Of a DNA stretch of 64,000 nt, positions 18,289 through 32,724 are shown one piece after another (the first letter of the stretch is position 1; each line of letters starts with the position of its first letter). Position numbers and translations under genes: made by a program. The notes beneath the pieces were generated by a model that saw nothing but the letters and a program-made list of their open reading frames with translations, had not been told where the DNA came from and did no database searches. The stretch is taken from positions 20,212,001-20,276,000 of the forward strand of contig OZ024751.1 of NCBI GenBank assembly GCA_964016885.1, in the 5' to 3' direction. This DNA is from Eledone cirrhosa (Eukaryota).

Positions 18289-18750
18289 TGCTTCCCTGGG
18301 CATGGATACATTGAAGCTCCGACGCCTGGCAACTGACTTGGTAAACACCCACAATATTATTAACCATCTTGCCAACAACAACCCTGAGTACCTTTTTGAT
18401 TTCCATGTGTCTAACACACGTGGGCATGCCCACAAAGTCAGAAAACAGCACAGCTCCCATGACTTTCGGAAACATTTTTTCACGCTCAGAGTTGCTGAAG
18501 TATGGAACAAACTACCTGCATCAGTTGTTACCTGCTGAGACACTGCATCCTTTAAAACCTCCATGCTTCCTGAAATTCGCCAACACTGCACCTGATGCCC
18601 CCCCCCCCTCCATACACACGCACACATGTATATCATGACTCATACACTATTCACTTCCCTGACATTTGTATGTTATTCTATGTACTATACATACACCTTT
18701 GACGAGTTGTAGTGCACCTGAGCACTTTACACAATAATTTCATTATTATT
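18289..18750 (+). mobile_element. CR1-clade LINE 3' fragment
   Basis: LGMDTLKLRRLATDL..NTRGH..RKHFFTLRVAEVWNKLP, followed by a 3' UTR and (ATT)n tail; the 3' end is duplicated at about 18795-18950. Confidence 0.9.
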
Positions 18751-21700
18751 ATAACATTTACATTACTCTCTCTCTCTATATATATATATACACACTGTTC
18801 ATTTTCCTGACATTTGAACATTATTCTATGTACTATACTATAAGAAACAATTATTTTAAATATAAGAAACCATTATTCTATGTACTATACTTGCACCTTT
18901 GATGAGTTGCAGTGCACCTGAGCACGGTACACAATAATTTCATTATTACTTTTTTTGTTTTCATTATTTATTATATATTTATATATTTAGTCTTGTTATT
19001 TGTCTTTCAAGCAACTGGATTGAAATCCAACCGAAATCGATATGATAAATATTACTAATATATTCAATATCGATTAAACCGATCATGTACCTCTCTCTTT
19101 CTCTCTCTCACACACGCACACACACCTTTCTCCTGTCCTTTTTTTTCTTTTTCCTCCAAAATTTGTCTTTGCGCTTATGTAACAAAATCATTATTATCGA
19201 AAAATAAAGCTTGCAGTTGTGGGTGAGTGTAGTGATGGTTGTGGGAGAATGTGGGGAGGGGGATGGTTGTGGCGCGGTGGTGGCGGTGTTGTCATAATGA
19301 GGTTCTTGTTATGATGGTGGTGGTGGAGAGAATGTGGTGATGGTGGTGTTGACGGCGGCAGTGGTGGTTATTGTTGTTGGTGGTGGTGGTGGTGGTGGTG
19401 GTGGTGAGGCGGTGTTGTTATGATGGCGGTAAGGGTAAGGAGAATGTGGTGATGGTGGCGACGGCGACAGTGGTAGTGGTGGTAATTGTTGGTGGTGGTG
19501 ATGATGGTGGTGGTGATGGTGGTGTGGCGGTCTTGTTATGATGGTGTTAAGGAGAATGTGGTGATGGGAATGTGATTGTGGTGGGGATGGTGGTGGGTAG
19601 ATATTGAGATGGGGGGGGGGGGGGTTGTAGTAGTGGTGATGGTGGGGGAATGTGGTTGTGGCGGTGGTGGTCACGCTCGTTGTAAGGGTGAGGAGTGGAT
19701 TGTGGTGGCGATGGGTATATTGTGGTGGTGTTGTACGGGAGGGGTCAATTGTGGTGGAGTGGTGGTGGTCGTAGGATTGTGATGGTGGTGGTGCTGGTGA
19801 ATGGATGGTTGTGGTGATGGTGGTGGTGATGGTGGGAGGATGGATGCGGGGGGGTGCTGGTGGGTAGATGGTTGTTGTGGTGATGGTGGGTGGATGGTGG
19901 TGATGTCGGTGTGGTGGGGTGGTTCATGGTGGTGGTGGCGGGTGGTGTGTCTGCTGTTGTTGTGTGTAAATATGGTTTCAAATGATAGCAACAACAAATA
20001 ACAAAAACCAATATGAAACGAATTTTGTCGTTTTGTCAGTGAATTTGTTACAAAGGAAATACGTAAATACATATCGATCTTTCCATACAAGGCTTTTAAG
20101 GCAAACATTTTTGCAAGAAGGGAAATAAATAATCAATATAATTAATCCTTTTTACGTTCCTTCAATGGCGCTTATTCTATCGTTCTTCCGTTTGCCCACC
20201 CGTCCAACCCCACCGCCATCTTTGGAGGGATAAAAAGCAGGTTTATTTTTACTTGGCACAAAACTAATTTTATGAGACTCAGCCTATAGTTAATCTAGGT
20301 ATTTAAACATACAAATAATGTTGTTCATGCGACATTAAACAACTTTATAGCTGACGTAAGGTAACCAGTCACGTCTTCCCAAACCCGCCATTATAGCGGG
20401 TATTATTCAATATAGCCGTTTCCATTGTATTTCGGAAGTTAACAAAGTCACAGTCAGCGAATCGATATGGCATCAGCCTTGTGGTCGATGAATTGTTAAC
20501 TCGTTTCATGTCACTGTTTACAAGCTCTGGGCTTTTGTTTATCAGCAAGATCGCTTAACTTTAATTCTTTTAATAGCAAAAGCCGCATGAAACCGCTTGT
20601 TGTTCTAAGATACAGAGCTGTTTATATTTATCTAAAACCCTTTCAACGTAATTGTATATAAGAAACTTTGATAATTTATGCTACAAACACCAGATTATTA
20701 ATGCTAAAGTTAGTAATATTATTAAATCCCTTAAAATTCTTGATTATTTTCAAAATGATTTGAAAGTTATAAGCAAAATATTTCATAAGATTAATAGCAA
20801 GAAAGAGTTAAGTGTTTATATTCATCAAAAACCCTTCTATCGTAATTTTCTGTAAGAAATTCAAGAAGCTTTGCTACAAACACCAGATTATTAATGCTAA
20901 AGTTAGTTATATTATTAAACATATTCAAATATTTGATTATTTTCAAAATCATTTTAAAATTATATAGGCAGTATCATTCATTAAAATATGGTAATGAAAG
21001 TGTTAACTATACACAATGGACATTAATCAGATCACCATTATAATCAGTGGCTGGAGCCGTCTGTAAATGTTGAATATTGTTTCTTGAGCTGAATTTAAAT
21101 ATTTACAATTAATAAGAGCTTTCCAAAATACTCTACAATGGCGACAACCCTTTTTTTTAAATATATGATTTTTCTTGATACATTAATTAGCTATTATTAT
21201 AAACGGAAAATTAACGAAATGAATGCTTTCTGAAAATAATGGTTCTGATTTAGGCAGAAGACCAACAATTTTGGAGGAAGGGAAAGTCGATTAAATCGCC
21301 CTCTACCCCACCTCCACCTCCATTACGTTACTAGTTATTTATTTTACCAACGCCGTAAGGATGACGGGCAAAGCTAATCTCGGCAAAATTTGAAATCAGA
21401 ATGTAAAGGACGTAACGCTATGCCGCAAGGCATGGTGTTCAACGTTCCACCGATACGGCCAATCCACCACCCTAATAAACGAAATTAATGGTCTCTGATT
21501 TAGGCACAAGGCCAACAATTTGGGAGAAGAGAACGTCGATTAAATTGACTCCAATACGTTACTGGTACTTTAATTTATCGACCCCGTGAGGATGAACGAC
21601 AAAGCTAAGCTTGGCGGTTTTTTTGAAATCAGAACATAAAAGGACGTAACACTATGCTGCAAAGCATATTGTCCAATGTTCTACCGATTCTGCCAACCTA

Positions 21701-21939
21701 CCGCCCTAATTAACGAAATTAATAAGTAAAATTAGAAAAAAAAAAAAACAATTGAATATCTTATCACGTGTTGCTAATCACGTGACTAGTTGTACTCAGA
21801 GACAGCAGATGTCAAATATATTTAATTAAACATTCGTAAAAAAGAAATTAATTCGATTTGAACTAATTTAGCGGGACACACTTTGGAAATTCCTATTTTA
21901 ATTATTATCTGATAGTGGCACAGTTAACTTGGACTGTCG

Positions 21940-23068
21940 AGATGGGTAGTGGTGGGTGAGGGGAAGATGGGTAGTGGTGGGTGATGGGAAGATGGGTAGT
22001 GGTGGGTGAGGGGTAGTGGTGGGTGAGGGGAAGATGGGTAGTGGTGGGTGAGGGGAAGATGGGTAGTGGTGGGTGAGGGGAAGATGGGTAGTGGTGGGTG
22101 AGGGGAAGATGGGTAATGGTGGGTGAGGGGAAGATGGGTAGTGGTGGGTGAGGGGAAGATGGGTAGTGGTGGGTGAGGGGAAGACGGGTAGTGGTGGGTG
22201 AGAGGAAGATGGGTAGTGGTGGGTGAGGGGAAGATGGGTAGTGGTGGGTGAGGGGAAGATGGGTAGTGGTGGGTGAGGGGAAGATGGGTAGTGGTGGGTG
22301 AGAGGTAGTGGTGGGTGAGGGGAAGATGGGTAGTGGTGGGTGAGGGGAAGATGGGTAGTGGTGGGTGAGGGGAAGATGGGTAGTGGTGGGTGAGGGGAAG
22401 ATGGGTAATGGTGGGTGAGGGGAAGATGGGTAGTGGTGGGTGAGGGGAAGATGGGTAGTGGTGGGTGAGGGGAAGACGGGTAGTGGTGGGTGAGAGGAAG
22501 ATGGGTAGTGGTGGGTGAGGGGAAGATGGGTAGTGGTGGGTGAGGGGAAGATGGGTAGTGGTGGGTGAGGGGAAGACGGGTAGTGGTGGGTGAGAGGTAG
22601 TGGTGGGTGAGGGGAAGATGGGTAGTGGTGGGTGAGGGGAAGATGGGTAGTGGTGGGTGAGGGGAAGATGGGTAGTGGTGGGTGAGGGGAAGATGGGTAG
22701 TGGTGGGTGAGGGGAAGATGGGTAGTGGTGGGTGAGGGGAAGATGGGTAGTGGTGGGTGAGGGGAAGATGGGTAGTGGTGGGTGAGAGGAAGATGGGTAG
22801 TGGTGGGTGAGGGGAAGATGGGTAGTGGTGGGTGAGGGGAAGATGGGTAGTGGTGGGTGAGGGGAAGATGGGTAGTGGTGGGTGAGGGGAAGATGGGTAG
22901 TGGTGGGTGAGGGGAAGATGGGTAGTGGTGGGTGAGAGGAAGATGGGTAGTGGTGGGTGAGGGGAAGATGGGTGGTGGTGGGTGAGGGGAAGATGGGTAG
23001 TGGTGGGTGAGGGGAAGATGGGTAGTGGTGGGTGAGGGGAAGATGGGTAGTGGTGGGTGAGGGGAAGC
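21940..23068 (+). repeat. 25-bp G-rich minisatellite (GATGGGTAGTGGTGGGTGAGGGGAA)n, about 45 copies
   Basis: Direct reading; accounts for ORF 21924..23081. Confidence 0.95.
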
Positions 23069-23192
23069 GGCCCAAGTGCATTGTTTCTTTCCAGGGACTA
23101 TGTTAAATGTGAAATCTTGTTGAAAAATAAACCTAATTTGGTCATTCCATGAGAGTACCTTGGTCAGCCTATGAGCTTTTCAACCGACTCTC

Positions 23193-23240
<48 letters not shown>

Positions 23241-23594
23241 GCACAGTTGTCCCGCGGGTGCTCTAGGAATGTAGCCCCTGCGAAGAGTGAAAAACCGCGA
23301 ATATCGGACGTAGTCCATAAAAATGCCTATAAACGTCAAAATATATCGTAAAATATAATTTTTTTTAAAAAGAGGAAACAACTTATGCGAAGGGGCGTCC
23401 AATAGGCCGGCAAAAACGACATATTGTTATTAATAATTTATCGTTAAAAAATACATATTGCCACGAATAAATTAAAAAATCACGTAATATATTCACGATT
23501 CCGCGAATATGCGGTGATTTCCACGAACAAATATTAGATAGGTTCTAAGGAAAATTCCCCGAATAACCAGGACCGTGAATATTAGGGATACGGA

Positions 23595-23654
<60 letters not shown>

Positions 23655-23710
23655 GATAACAAAATATCGTTATAGGTAATCTAGTTAGAGTTTGTGAATA
23701 CTTCGTATTG

Positions 23711-23902
23711 GGGCGGTGGATTGGCAGTATCGGTAGAGAGTCGGACACCATGCTTTGAAGCATAGAGTTACGTCCCTTTATGATCTGAGTTCAAATCCCG
23801 CCGAGGTTAACTTTACCTTTCATCCTTACGGAGTCGATAAAATAAAGTACCAGTAATGTACTGGGTAATTGCTGGCCTTGTGCCTAAAATAGAAACAATT
23901 AT
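23711..23902 (+). mobile_element. SINE family A, full length
   Basis: Same A/B boxes and body as the 17721 copy. Confidence 0.9.
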
Positions 23903-24248
23903 GGATAGTTTTAGCGTACGGCGTTGTTTGACTCAACAAGGGGTTTACGTAGATGACGACTTTATGAATTCTCTTGCATTCCTATGTAAGTTTATCTTTG
24001 AGTAATAATTGTTTCTACTTTTTGGCACAAGGCCAGCAATTACCCAGTGTATTACTGGTACTTTATTTTATCGACCCCGTAAGGATGAAAGGCAAAGTTA
24101 ACCGCGGTGGGATTTTGAACTCAGAATGGAGTAATAATGTTCAACAGTACAAAAAAGGAGTTTTATTTAGTCTAGACTGTAAATAAAACCCCTTTTTTGT
24201 ACTGTTGACCATCTTATTCTTCACTCTTTCAATATATATATATATATA

Positions 24249-24466
24249 CACGAGGGTCAGCTGAAAAATTCATAGGCTGACTATGAACGAATGATGCTAG
24301 AGCTGTGAAATCTTGCATGCATTAATTGCAACTCTTCTTATTAATAACTGCATTATTTCTTTCCAGGGACTATGTTGAAAAGTAATCCTCATTTGGTCAT
24401 TCCATGAGAGTATCTTGGTCAGCTTATGAACTTTACAGCCAATGAACTTTTCAACCGACCCTCATA
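24249..24466. mobile_element. mariner-like MITE
   Basis: TIR ACGAGGGTCAGCTGAAAAATTCATAGGCTGAC with a degenerate inverse at 24417-24465; partial sister copy at 23080-23195. Confidence 0.6.
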
Positions 24467-26001
24467 GCTGTTGGACCTGCTAGAGATAACAGACAAATTT
24501 CCCTCAAATATAAGCACTCAAAAAACCAAAAAACGGAAGGAGATATTAGATAATGTAGTCCTAGATACATTGTCTGAAAATAAGACGTGGTGGCTACGGT
24601 TGGATTACTCTTATCAGATATTTGACATTTGACCAGAAATAAACAACAACTTTGAAATGTTATGAGCAACACCAACTAGAAATAGCAGTTAAAATCTCCC
24701 TCAAATCATACCTTATTTTCTGTGGAGGAGGGGCGTAAAAAAAGGAAGGACGCATTAAATATATACTCCTAGATACATTATCTCTGGAATAATATGGGAT
24801 GGTCACGGTTGGAATGTCTTTCACAAGAAGTCAACTCGACCAGGCCTCGACAACAACAACGAAGTCGGCGGCGGTGGTAGTGGCATGTAGAATAAAATAA
24901 AGTTAAAATTCTATGTTTATGATGGTCCTTATACACTGAGTGTGTGTGAGAGTTATTTAGTGTGTGTGTGATGTGAGTGCTTGTGAGGTGTGTGTGTGTG
25001 TGTGTGTAGTATGTATGGTGTGTGTGATATATGTGGTGTGTGATGTGTAGTATGAGTGTGTGGTGTGTGATTTGTGTTGTGTGTGGTTTGTGTCTGTCTG
25101 TGTGTGTGTGGTTTATGTCTATCTGTGTATGATGTGATGTGATGTGGTGTGTGTGAGCATGCATGTTTCTGCGTAGGCGTGTGTGTGGTGTGTGGGGTGT
25201 ATGTCAGTGTGTGATGTGTGGTGTGTGTGTGTATGCATGTGTGCGTATGTTTCCGTGCATGTCTGTACGTGTGTGCGTGCGTGTATGTGAGTGTGTGTGT
25301 GTCAAACATAACTATCAGCCCTCTATACCATCACTACGTCAATGACATATACCTGGACAATGTAGGAGAAGGCTCTCTATAAGACAAGAAACAGTCTTAC
25401 ATGAATTAAAATACGGTGAACTCAGCCAATTACTCAAAGATATGAAATTTGTTTAAAAAGAAGAAACAAATAAAAACGTATTGATAATTAATAAACATGG
25501 CGCTGAAACGAAGGGCGATAACTCTAAAATAATATTCAGAATGGTTGCATTATCTCCCTTGGTTAGTGTCTTTTTTGCTAAGACTTCAGTTTTTGTTAAT
25601 CGCTACCCTTCCTTTTTGTTAATCGCTACCCTTTAACAAGAATAATAATTGTTTCTACTTTTGGCACAAGGCCAGCAATTACCCAGTGTATTACTGGTAC
25701 TTTATTTTATCGACCCCGTAAGGATGAAAGGCAAAGTTAACCTCGGTGGGATTTGAACTCAGAATGGCAAGGGCCGTAACTCTATGCTTCAAAGCATGGC
25801 GTCCGACCCTCTACCGATACTGCCAATCCACAGAGAGAGAGGGGGGAAGAGTCGGGACCCGACGGTTGAGCTCCGGCCGTTTCGACAACTAGATCTGAAA
25901 TATAACGAAATACCACACGGGATTCAAAATAATTCTGAAAGAAAACAACTTTTTATAATAAACATTAAAACACTTTTGTTTTTCGTTTTTTTTTCTTTCT
26001 T

Positions 26002-26007
26002 TTTATT
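26002..26007 (-). terminator. candidate polyadenylation signal AATAAA for the SMYD3-like gene
   Basis: TTTATT on the + strand about 220 nt past the stop codon; the region is AT-rich, so this is weak evidence. Confidence 0.35.
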
Positions 26008-26227
26008 GTTTTTTTTTTGCTTTTTTTGTTATTTTTTTTATTATATTTGTTTGTTTTGTTTTTTTTGTATTACAGTCTTGTTAATTTCCTTTCACACATT
26101 TCATAAATAATCCTTCTATGATTTGATCTCAAGTTTGAGCTATGGTTTGTTCAGATATATGTCTTTTGAATTATTTGGTGTCAGATGTAAATTTAAAGTC
26201 AGGTGTCATGTTTTCAGAGGAAGACAT

Positions 26228-26335
26228 CTATTGTGTGTTGTGATCAAATGTGTCACAGTATTGTTGAAGAAGTTGTTGGTGTTGTTTAAATAGGTGATGA
26301 TTACTGTCGTGGTACCTTTCAACAAAGGCATTAGC
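26228..26335 (-). CDS. SMYD3: SMYD3-like terminal coding exon: ANAFVERYHDSNHHLFKQHQQLLQQYCDTFDHNTQ*
   Basis: TTGCAG acceptor; HxxxH resembles the SMYD HGxxH; TAG stop at 26228-26230. Confidence 0.87.
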   Translation of the reverse strand, partial: ANAFVERYHDSNHHLFKQHQQLLQQYCDTFDHNTQ

Positions 26336-27000
26336 CTGCAAGATATTTTGGTTTTTTTAAATACTTACTAATTTACATAGAAAGAATTAATTTTTATAGA
26401 TTCGAAACAAAATTATTCAACAAAGCCAATATAATTGTTTCTACTTTAGGCACAAGGCCAGCAATTACCCAGTGCATTACTGGTACTTTATTTTATCGAC
26501 CCCGTAAGGATGAAAGGCAAAGTCAACCTCGGCGGGTTTGAACTCAGATCGTAAAGGGACGTAACTATGCTGGAAAGCATGGCGTCCGACCCTCCACCGA
26601 TACTGCCAATCCACAAGCCAATATAATGCAAGTTAGATATACAAAAGGAAAAAGACTCGTCTAAAGTAAAATAAGAAAAACAAAACAACAGATTAAACTT
26701 TTACCTTATATTTCTTTGAGGTTATCCCCTTTTTCAAAGGAAAGGAAATTGTGCGACAAAATATCGATAACGAAGATGACAAAGACGACGAAAACGACGA
26801 TATATATATATTATTCAAATTAAAAGATAGATGTATATTGAGAGAGAGGGAGAAAATAACAATATATCCCATGAGAATACACAATATATATTGCATTGAG
26901 CTTTTTATTGAGAAGCACAAATATCAAACATTTTATATGTTTTGATACCTTAAATTTGTATACATATATATGTTCATATGTGTGTGTGTGTGCCTGTATG

Positions 27001-27054
<54 letters not shown>

Positions 27055-27389
27055 TAAATATATATATAATTCGTTTTTTGAATTTGTTTTGCGGGATTTC
27101 TTATCTGAAAACGTGTGTTGAAACAGATATTGTTATACATTGGGAGGGTCACTTCAATTTATTATACGTTTTCGTGTCAAGAACAAGATGGTGCAGGACA
27201 GAACAATGGAGAGATACACAAAATAAAAACCTAGTCACCGGGGAGGTCACAGAATGTGTGACGAAATGTCTTTGATAATATATAAACAACCTTCTGGTTA
27301 TCAAACTAACTAACCAACCGGAAACGTATAATAAATTGAAAACTAACAGGTGCGTGTATTTTTATCTCAACATGACCCTCTCCAAGTAT

Positions 27390-27445
<56 letters not shown>

Positions 27446-30400
27446 GGTGGGGTGTATACATATGTATAAATGACAAAAACAAAAACAGTTAGTGTTCATG
27501 CTCTGGATGAAAGAGAAAAACGTTCAATGTATCGTATGTTAGTCCTTCGTGAAACGAATACAATAGTTCAGAGATTAGAGATTTTAAAATATAAAATGGA
27601 GACACGTGAGTGTGTGTTGTTTTGAACTTGTAATATGTATGAATACATTGGTGGGGTGGTCTATATATTGTTCGTGATGATGTCTAATTGTGTCTGTCTG
27701 TATTAACATTGTATATATATATATGTGTGTGTGTGTAGTCTGGCAGTGTATATATTAAATATAAAAGAAATTATTAGTGACAAATATGTGTATATTCATA
27801 ATATCTTACCGTTATTCGCAGCATCAGAATCACAGCACTTGAAATGCAACTTAAAAGTGTAAAAAGTGTAATCAAGGGAGGCTACTCACCTTCATAAATA
27901 TTTCCCTTGCATTTTCGACTTTGTTGGCGTTCAGATACAACTTGCCTAATTCATGCAGCAATAAACTAAGTTTAAAATCAGGATCTACAAAATAATACCT
28001 TTTAACCCCAGCCCCCAAGGTAAATAGAAAATAAAATATATACATATATTAATTTATAAAGCACGTTTAGAAAAATTATACACAGTGACCACAAAATCAC
28101 TCCTAGATTTCAAATACTTATGATATCAACTTATGATATCAACTTATGATATCAACATATGATATCAACTTATGATATCAACATATGATATCAACATATG
28201 ATATCAACATATGATATCAACATATGATATCAACTTATGATATCAACATATGATATCAACTTATGATATCAACTTATGATATCAACTTAAGTGAATATTT
28301 TTACGATATTGGTCGCTACAGTTTCATAAACTAACAAAGATTCTTTCCTCCAATATTGTAAGAATATTCATTTCAGTATTCATGTTATAAGTATTTGAAA
28401 CAAGGACTGTTTATGTGGTCACCCTGTATTTTTGAATTTTCAGTAATATATTTCATGTAACAAAACTGAATGTCGTGCAGCAGCAATAGCAATAACTACA
28501 ATAATAATTGTTTCTACTTTAGGCACAAGGTCAGCAATTTGAAGGGAGGAGGAAAGTCGATTAAATCGTCCCCAGTACTTACGGGTGCTTTATTTTATTG
28601 ACCCCCGTAAGAATGAAAAGTAAAGCTAACCTCGAGATTTGAACTCAGAACGTAAAGGGCCGTAACTCTATGCCACCAAGCATGGTGTCCGACGCTCTAT
28701 CGATACTGCCAATCCACTACCCTCATGATGACGATAATAATGATGTCAATCTTTACATTAGTGATGATGGTGATGATGATGATGTCAATTATAACATTAG
28801 CAATGATCATGATGTCAATTATAACATTAGTGATGATGATGATGATGATGGCAATGATGGTAATGAAGACACTGCAAGGCCATCTGGTTGGTTGGCGAAA
28901 AAAAAAAAAAATAATAATAATAAAATAATTAAATAATTAAATAATTGAATAATTAGATAATTATTCACCTTTTCTGCTGCCAGACTTTGTTACCATAATC
29001 TGCTGCCTTTGACCAAAGTTTCAACTCAATACATGCTTCCTTAGCAAGTTCCATTACTTCAACATGGACGAAGTTAGCTTCATAGATTCTGGTTCCATCA
29101 AGATATCTAAGAGTTTCTTCAGCTGTCTGCAGCTGGTTTTCATATTCTATCAAATTAGACAGTGAAGGTCATTGGAGAATCGTGAGTATTAAATACAAGT
29201 CACTATATATATATAAATTAATATATATATATATATTAATATATATATACCCACCCAACTACACCTCTCAAAGTCAATGACACACGACCGTGACTTCTGG
29301 CGTCACGCAGTAATACAGGGTACCCGTCCTCCCATGGGTACATGCTGAAGCATATAAACAATATGCCCCCCCCCCCCCCCCACCGCAAGGTGGTCGTGGA
29401 GGTGCCACGGCAAAAAAGCACCCAGCCCACACTGTAAAGTGGACGTGTAGGCGCCACGAAAAAGCACCCAGCACTCACTGTAAATGAGGTTGGTGTTAGG
29501 AAGGGCATCCAGCTGTAGAAATCAAGCCAGATCAGTTCCTGTATGACCAAGGCATGGTCAGCCGACCAGACACTGCCCACAACAGGACAACCCGTCTAAC
29601 CCATGCTAGCGTGGAAGAACGGACGTAAAACGGTGATGATGATGATGATGATGATGATGATAGAGAGAGAGAGAGAGAGAGAGAGACAGGAAGAAAGAGA
29701 ATGATAGATAGATAAATATGTAAAATCCTGATTGCGGTGCCAAGCGGTTTCGGCTTGTGTGATACAAGCTGAAACTGCTTAATGCCACGGTCAAGATTTT
29801 ACATATCTATATACCCACTCTACATCTTCCCATGTGTTGAGTGCTCATATGATTAGTGGTCTCTTCACTCTCAGCACCGCAGACTCTATTTATATCATCA
29901 TTAATCATTTCATTTTACGTCCGCTTTTCCCTGCTTGCAAGGGTGGGACGGGAACTGATTCTGGCTTGATTTCTACAGCTGGATGCCCTTCCTAACACCA
30001 ACCTCATTTACAGTGAGTGCTGGGTGCTTTTTTTCCGTGGCACCTCCACGACCACTTTACAGTGAGTGCTGGGTGCTTTTTTGCCATGGCACCTCCACGA
30101 CCACTTTGCAGTGGAATGATATGGACCCCAGTCCTTTCATCTCATTTCTACAGCTGAGTAAACTGGAGCAATGTGAAATAAAGTGTCTTGCTCAAGGAAA
30201 CAACACATCACTCGGTCTGAGAATTGAACTCACAACCTTTCGATTGCAAGCCCAATGCTCTAACCACTAATCCATGTGCCTTATATATAAAGATATATTT
30301 ATATGTGCACAAGTATATATATATATATATATATATATCATTATCATGATATATGTATGTGTATATGTGTATGTATATGTATGTTATGTTGGTACCACAA

Positions 30401-32658
30401 AACATCCAGCCCACACTGTAAAGTGGTCATGTAGGTGTCATGGCAAAAAGCACACAGCTCGCACTGTGTAGTGCTTGTGTAGAGGACATGGTAAAAAGAA
30501 CCCAGCACACACTGTAAATGTGGCTGGCATTAGGAAGATCATCCAGCCGTAGAAAACCATCCAGAAACAGTTCTATATGAGCGAGACATGGTCACCTGAC
30601 CCAACTTGTCTCTAAAGGGGACAAACCCATCTAACCCATGCTAGCGTAGAGGATAGACATTAAGCGATGATGATGATGATATATGTACACATAGCCATCA
30701 GGTAGTGAAATGCTGACCGATCAAACCCAGGCTAACATGTTCTCTCTATCTTGTCTTTCTCCCTTCTTAGTATTCCTTGCATTTCAGTGGGTTTATTGCA
30801 TTTCTTGGGGTAAGCAAAAACAATATAATCCTAATACTGCCACTAATACATACCTTTAACCTTATCCAATTCACGAAGTTCTTGTACCTTTACAACCCCA
30901 TAATCCCATAGTGATTTTGTTTCTTCCAAAATTGTAGGGCTGTCATTCCTCACAGAACACACAGAACATGGTAACATAAAGAACTCCTTCTCTGAAAAAT
31001 ATATAACACAAAGAAATAATAGCTGAACATAAATGGTTATTTAAACTACTAACAGAAACACTGTTTCTTCATTCTTCTTTTATTGATTCTACATCAGCTT
31101 CAACTCTTTACTGCCAACACACACTATACTAACTCTGATCAAGCCTTACCAGCACACCATCAACACATGACTAACACACCACCAACACACCACCAACATA
31201 TCATCAACACACCACCAACACACTACCAACACACCACCAACACACCACCAACACACCACCAACACACCTCCAACACACCTCCAACACACCTCCAAAACAC
31301 CAGCAACACACCAACACACCACCAACACACCACCAACACACCAATCTATCTCTCTAATCCAACCTCCCCCAACACACCACCAACACATGACTAACACACC
31401 ACCTACACACCACTAACACACCACCAACACACCATCAACACACCACCAACACACCTCCAACATCCCCCAACACACCACCAACACACCACCAACACACCAC
31501 CAACACACCACAAACACACCACCAACACATCATCAACACACCACCAACACACCCCTCTACCTCCCTAATCGAACACACCTCGCTATCTCACTGATCCATC
31601 TCTACCAACACCCCCACCCAAAAAGGTGAATATCAACTTACCCTTGTTTGTGGTCATTCCAATAAAACCAGGGCAATTCATCTCTGGACAGTGGGCACTG
31701 GTCAATCTGCGATCCTTAAATCAAAAATGATATCCACTGTTACGTCTAACCCATGCTAGCGTGGAAGAACGGACATAAAACGGTGATGATGATGATGATG
31801 ATGACTTCAATAAAAAACAATAAAAATAAAATAATTGTTTCTATTTTAGGCACAAGGCCAGCTATTACCCAGTACATTACTGGTACTTTATTTTATCGAC
31901 CCCGAATGGTTTCTGATCTAGGCACAAGGTCAGCAATTTGAAGAGGATGGGAAAGTCGATTAAATCGACCTCAGTGCATTACTGGTGCTTCATTTATCGA
32001 TGCTGTAAGGATGAAAGGTAAAGCTAACCTCTTCTGCTCTTTACTGCCAGCACACCTCACTATCTCCCTGATCTATCCCTACCAACACACCCATTAATCT
32101 TGATCCAGCCCTACCAACACACCACACTATCTCTAATCCAGTCCTACCAAAAAAAACTCATTGTCCTTGATCGAGCCCTACAAAAAACCTCACTATCTCA
32201 CCAATCCATCTCTACCAACATACCACCACTATCTCTCAGACCTAGCTCTGCCAACACACTTCACTCTCTCCTTGATTCGACCCCACCCAACACACCACAC
32301 TCACCTTGATCTATCTCTACCAACAAACCTCAATAGCCCTTATCCAGCCCTACAAAAAAACCTCAATCTGTCATTGATCAAGCCATACCAACACATAACT
32401 CCATCCCAACACTTATGGTGGAGCACGAGTCCTGAAAAAGGGCCACAGGCCCACCATTTCCCGCTGATTAAACAGTAAAGGAAATTAAGAGAAATAAAGA
32501 AACTGAAAGATACTTACAAGAGATTCTACCTGTTGACAAATAACACAGTTGCAGTCAAAGAAATAATTCTTACGAAGGTAATCTTTACGTATCCAACTTG
32601 GTTTGTCATTTTCAATGTAAGAAATGAATATCTGCACAACGGAAATAACACAAATGAG

Positions 32659-32724
<66 letters not shown>

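Noticed and set aside
21924-23081. 385-aa Pro/His-rich ORF
   Set aside because: Translation of a 25-bp minisatellite cycling through frames; no splice or codon evidence.
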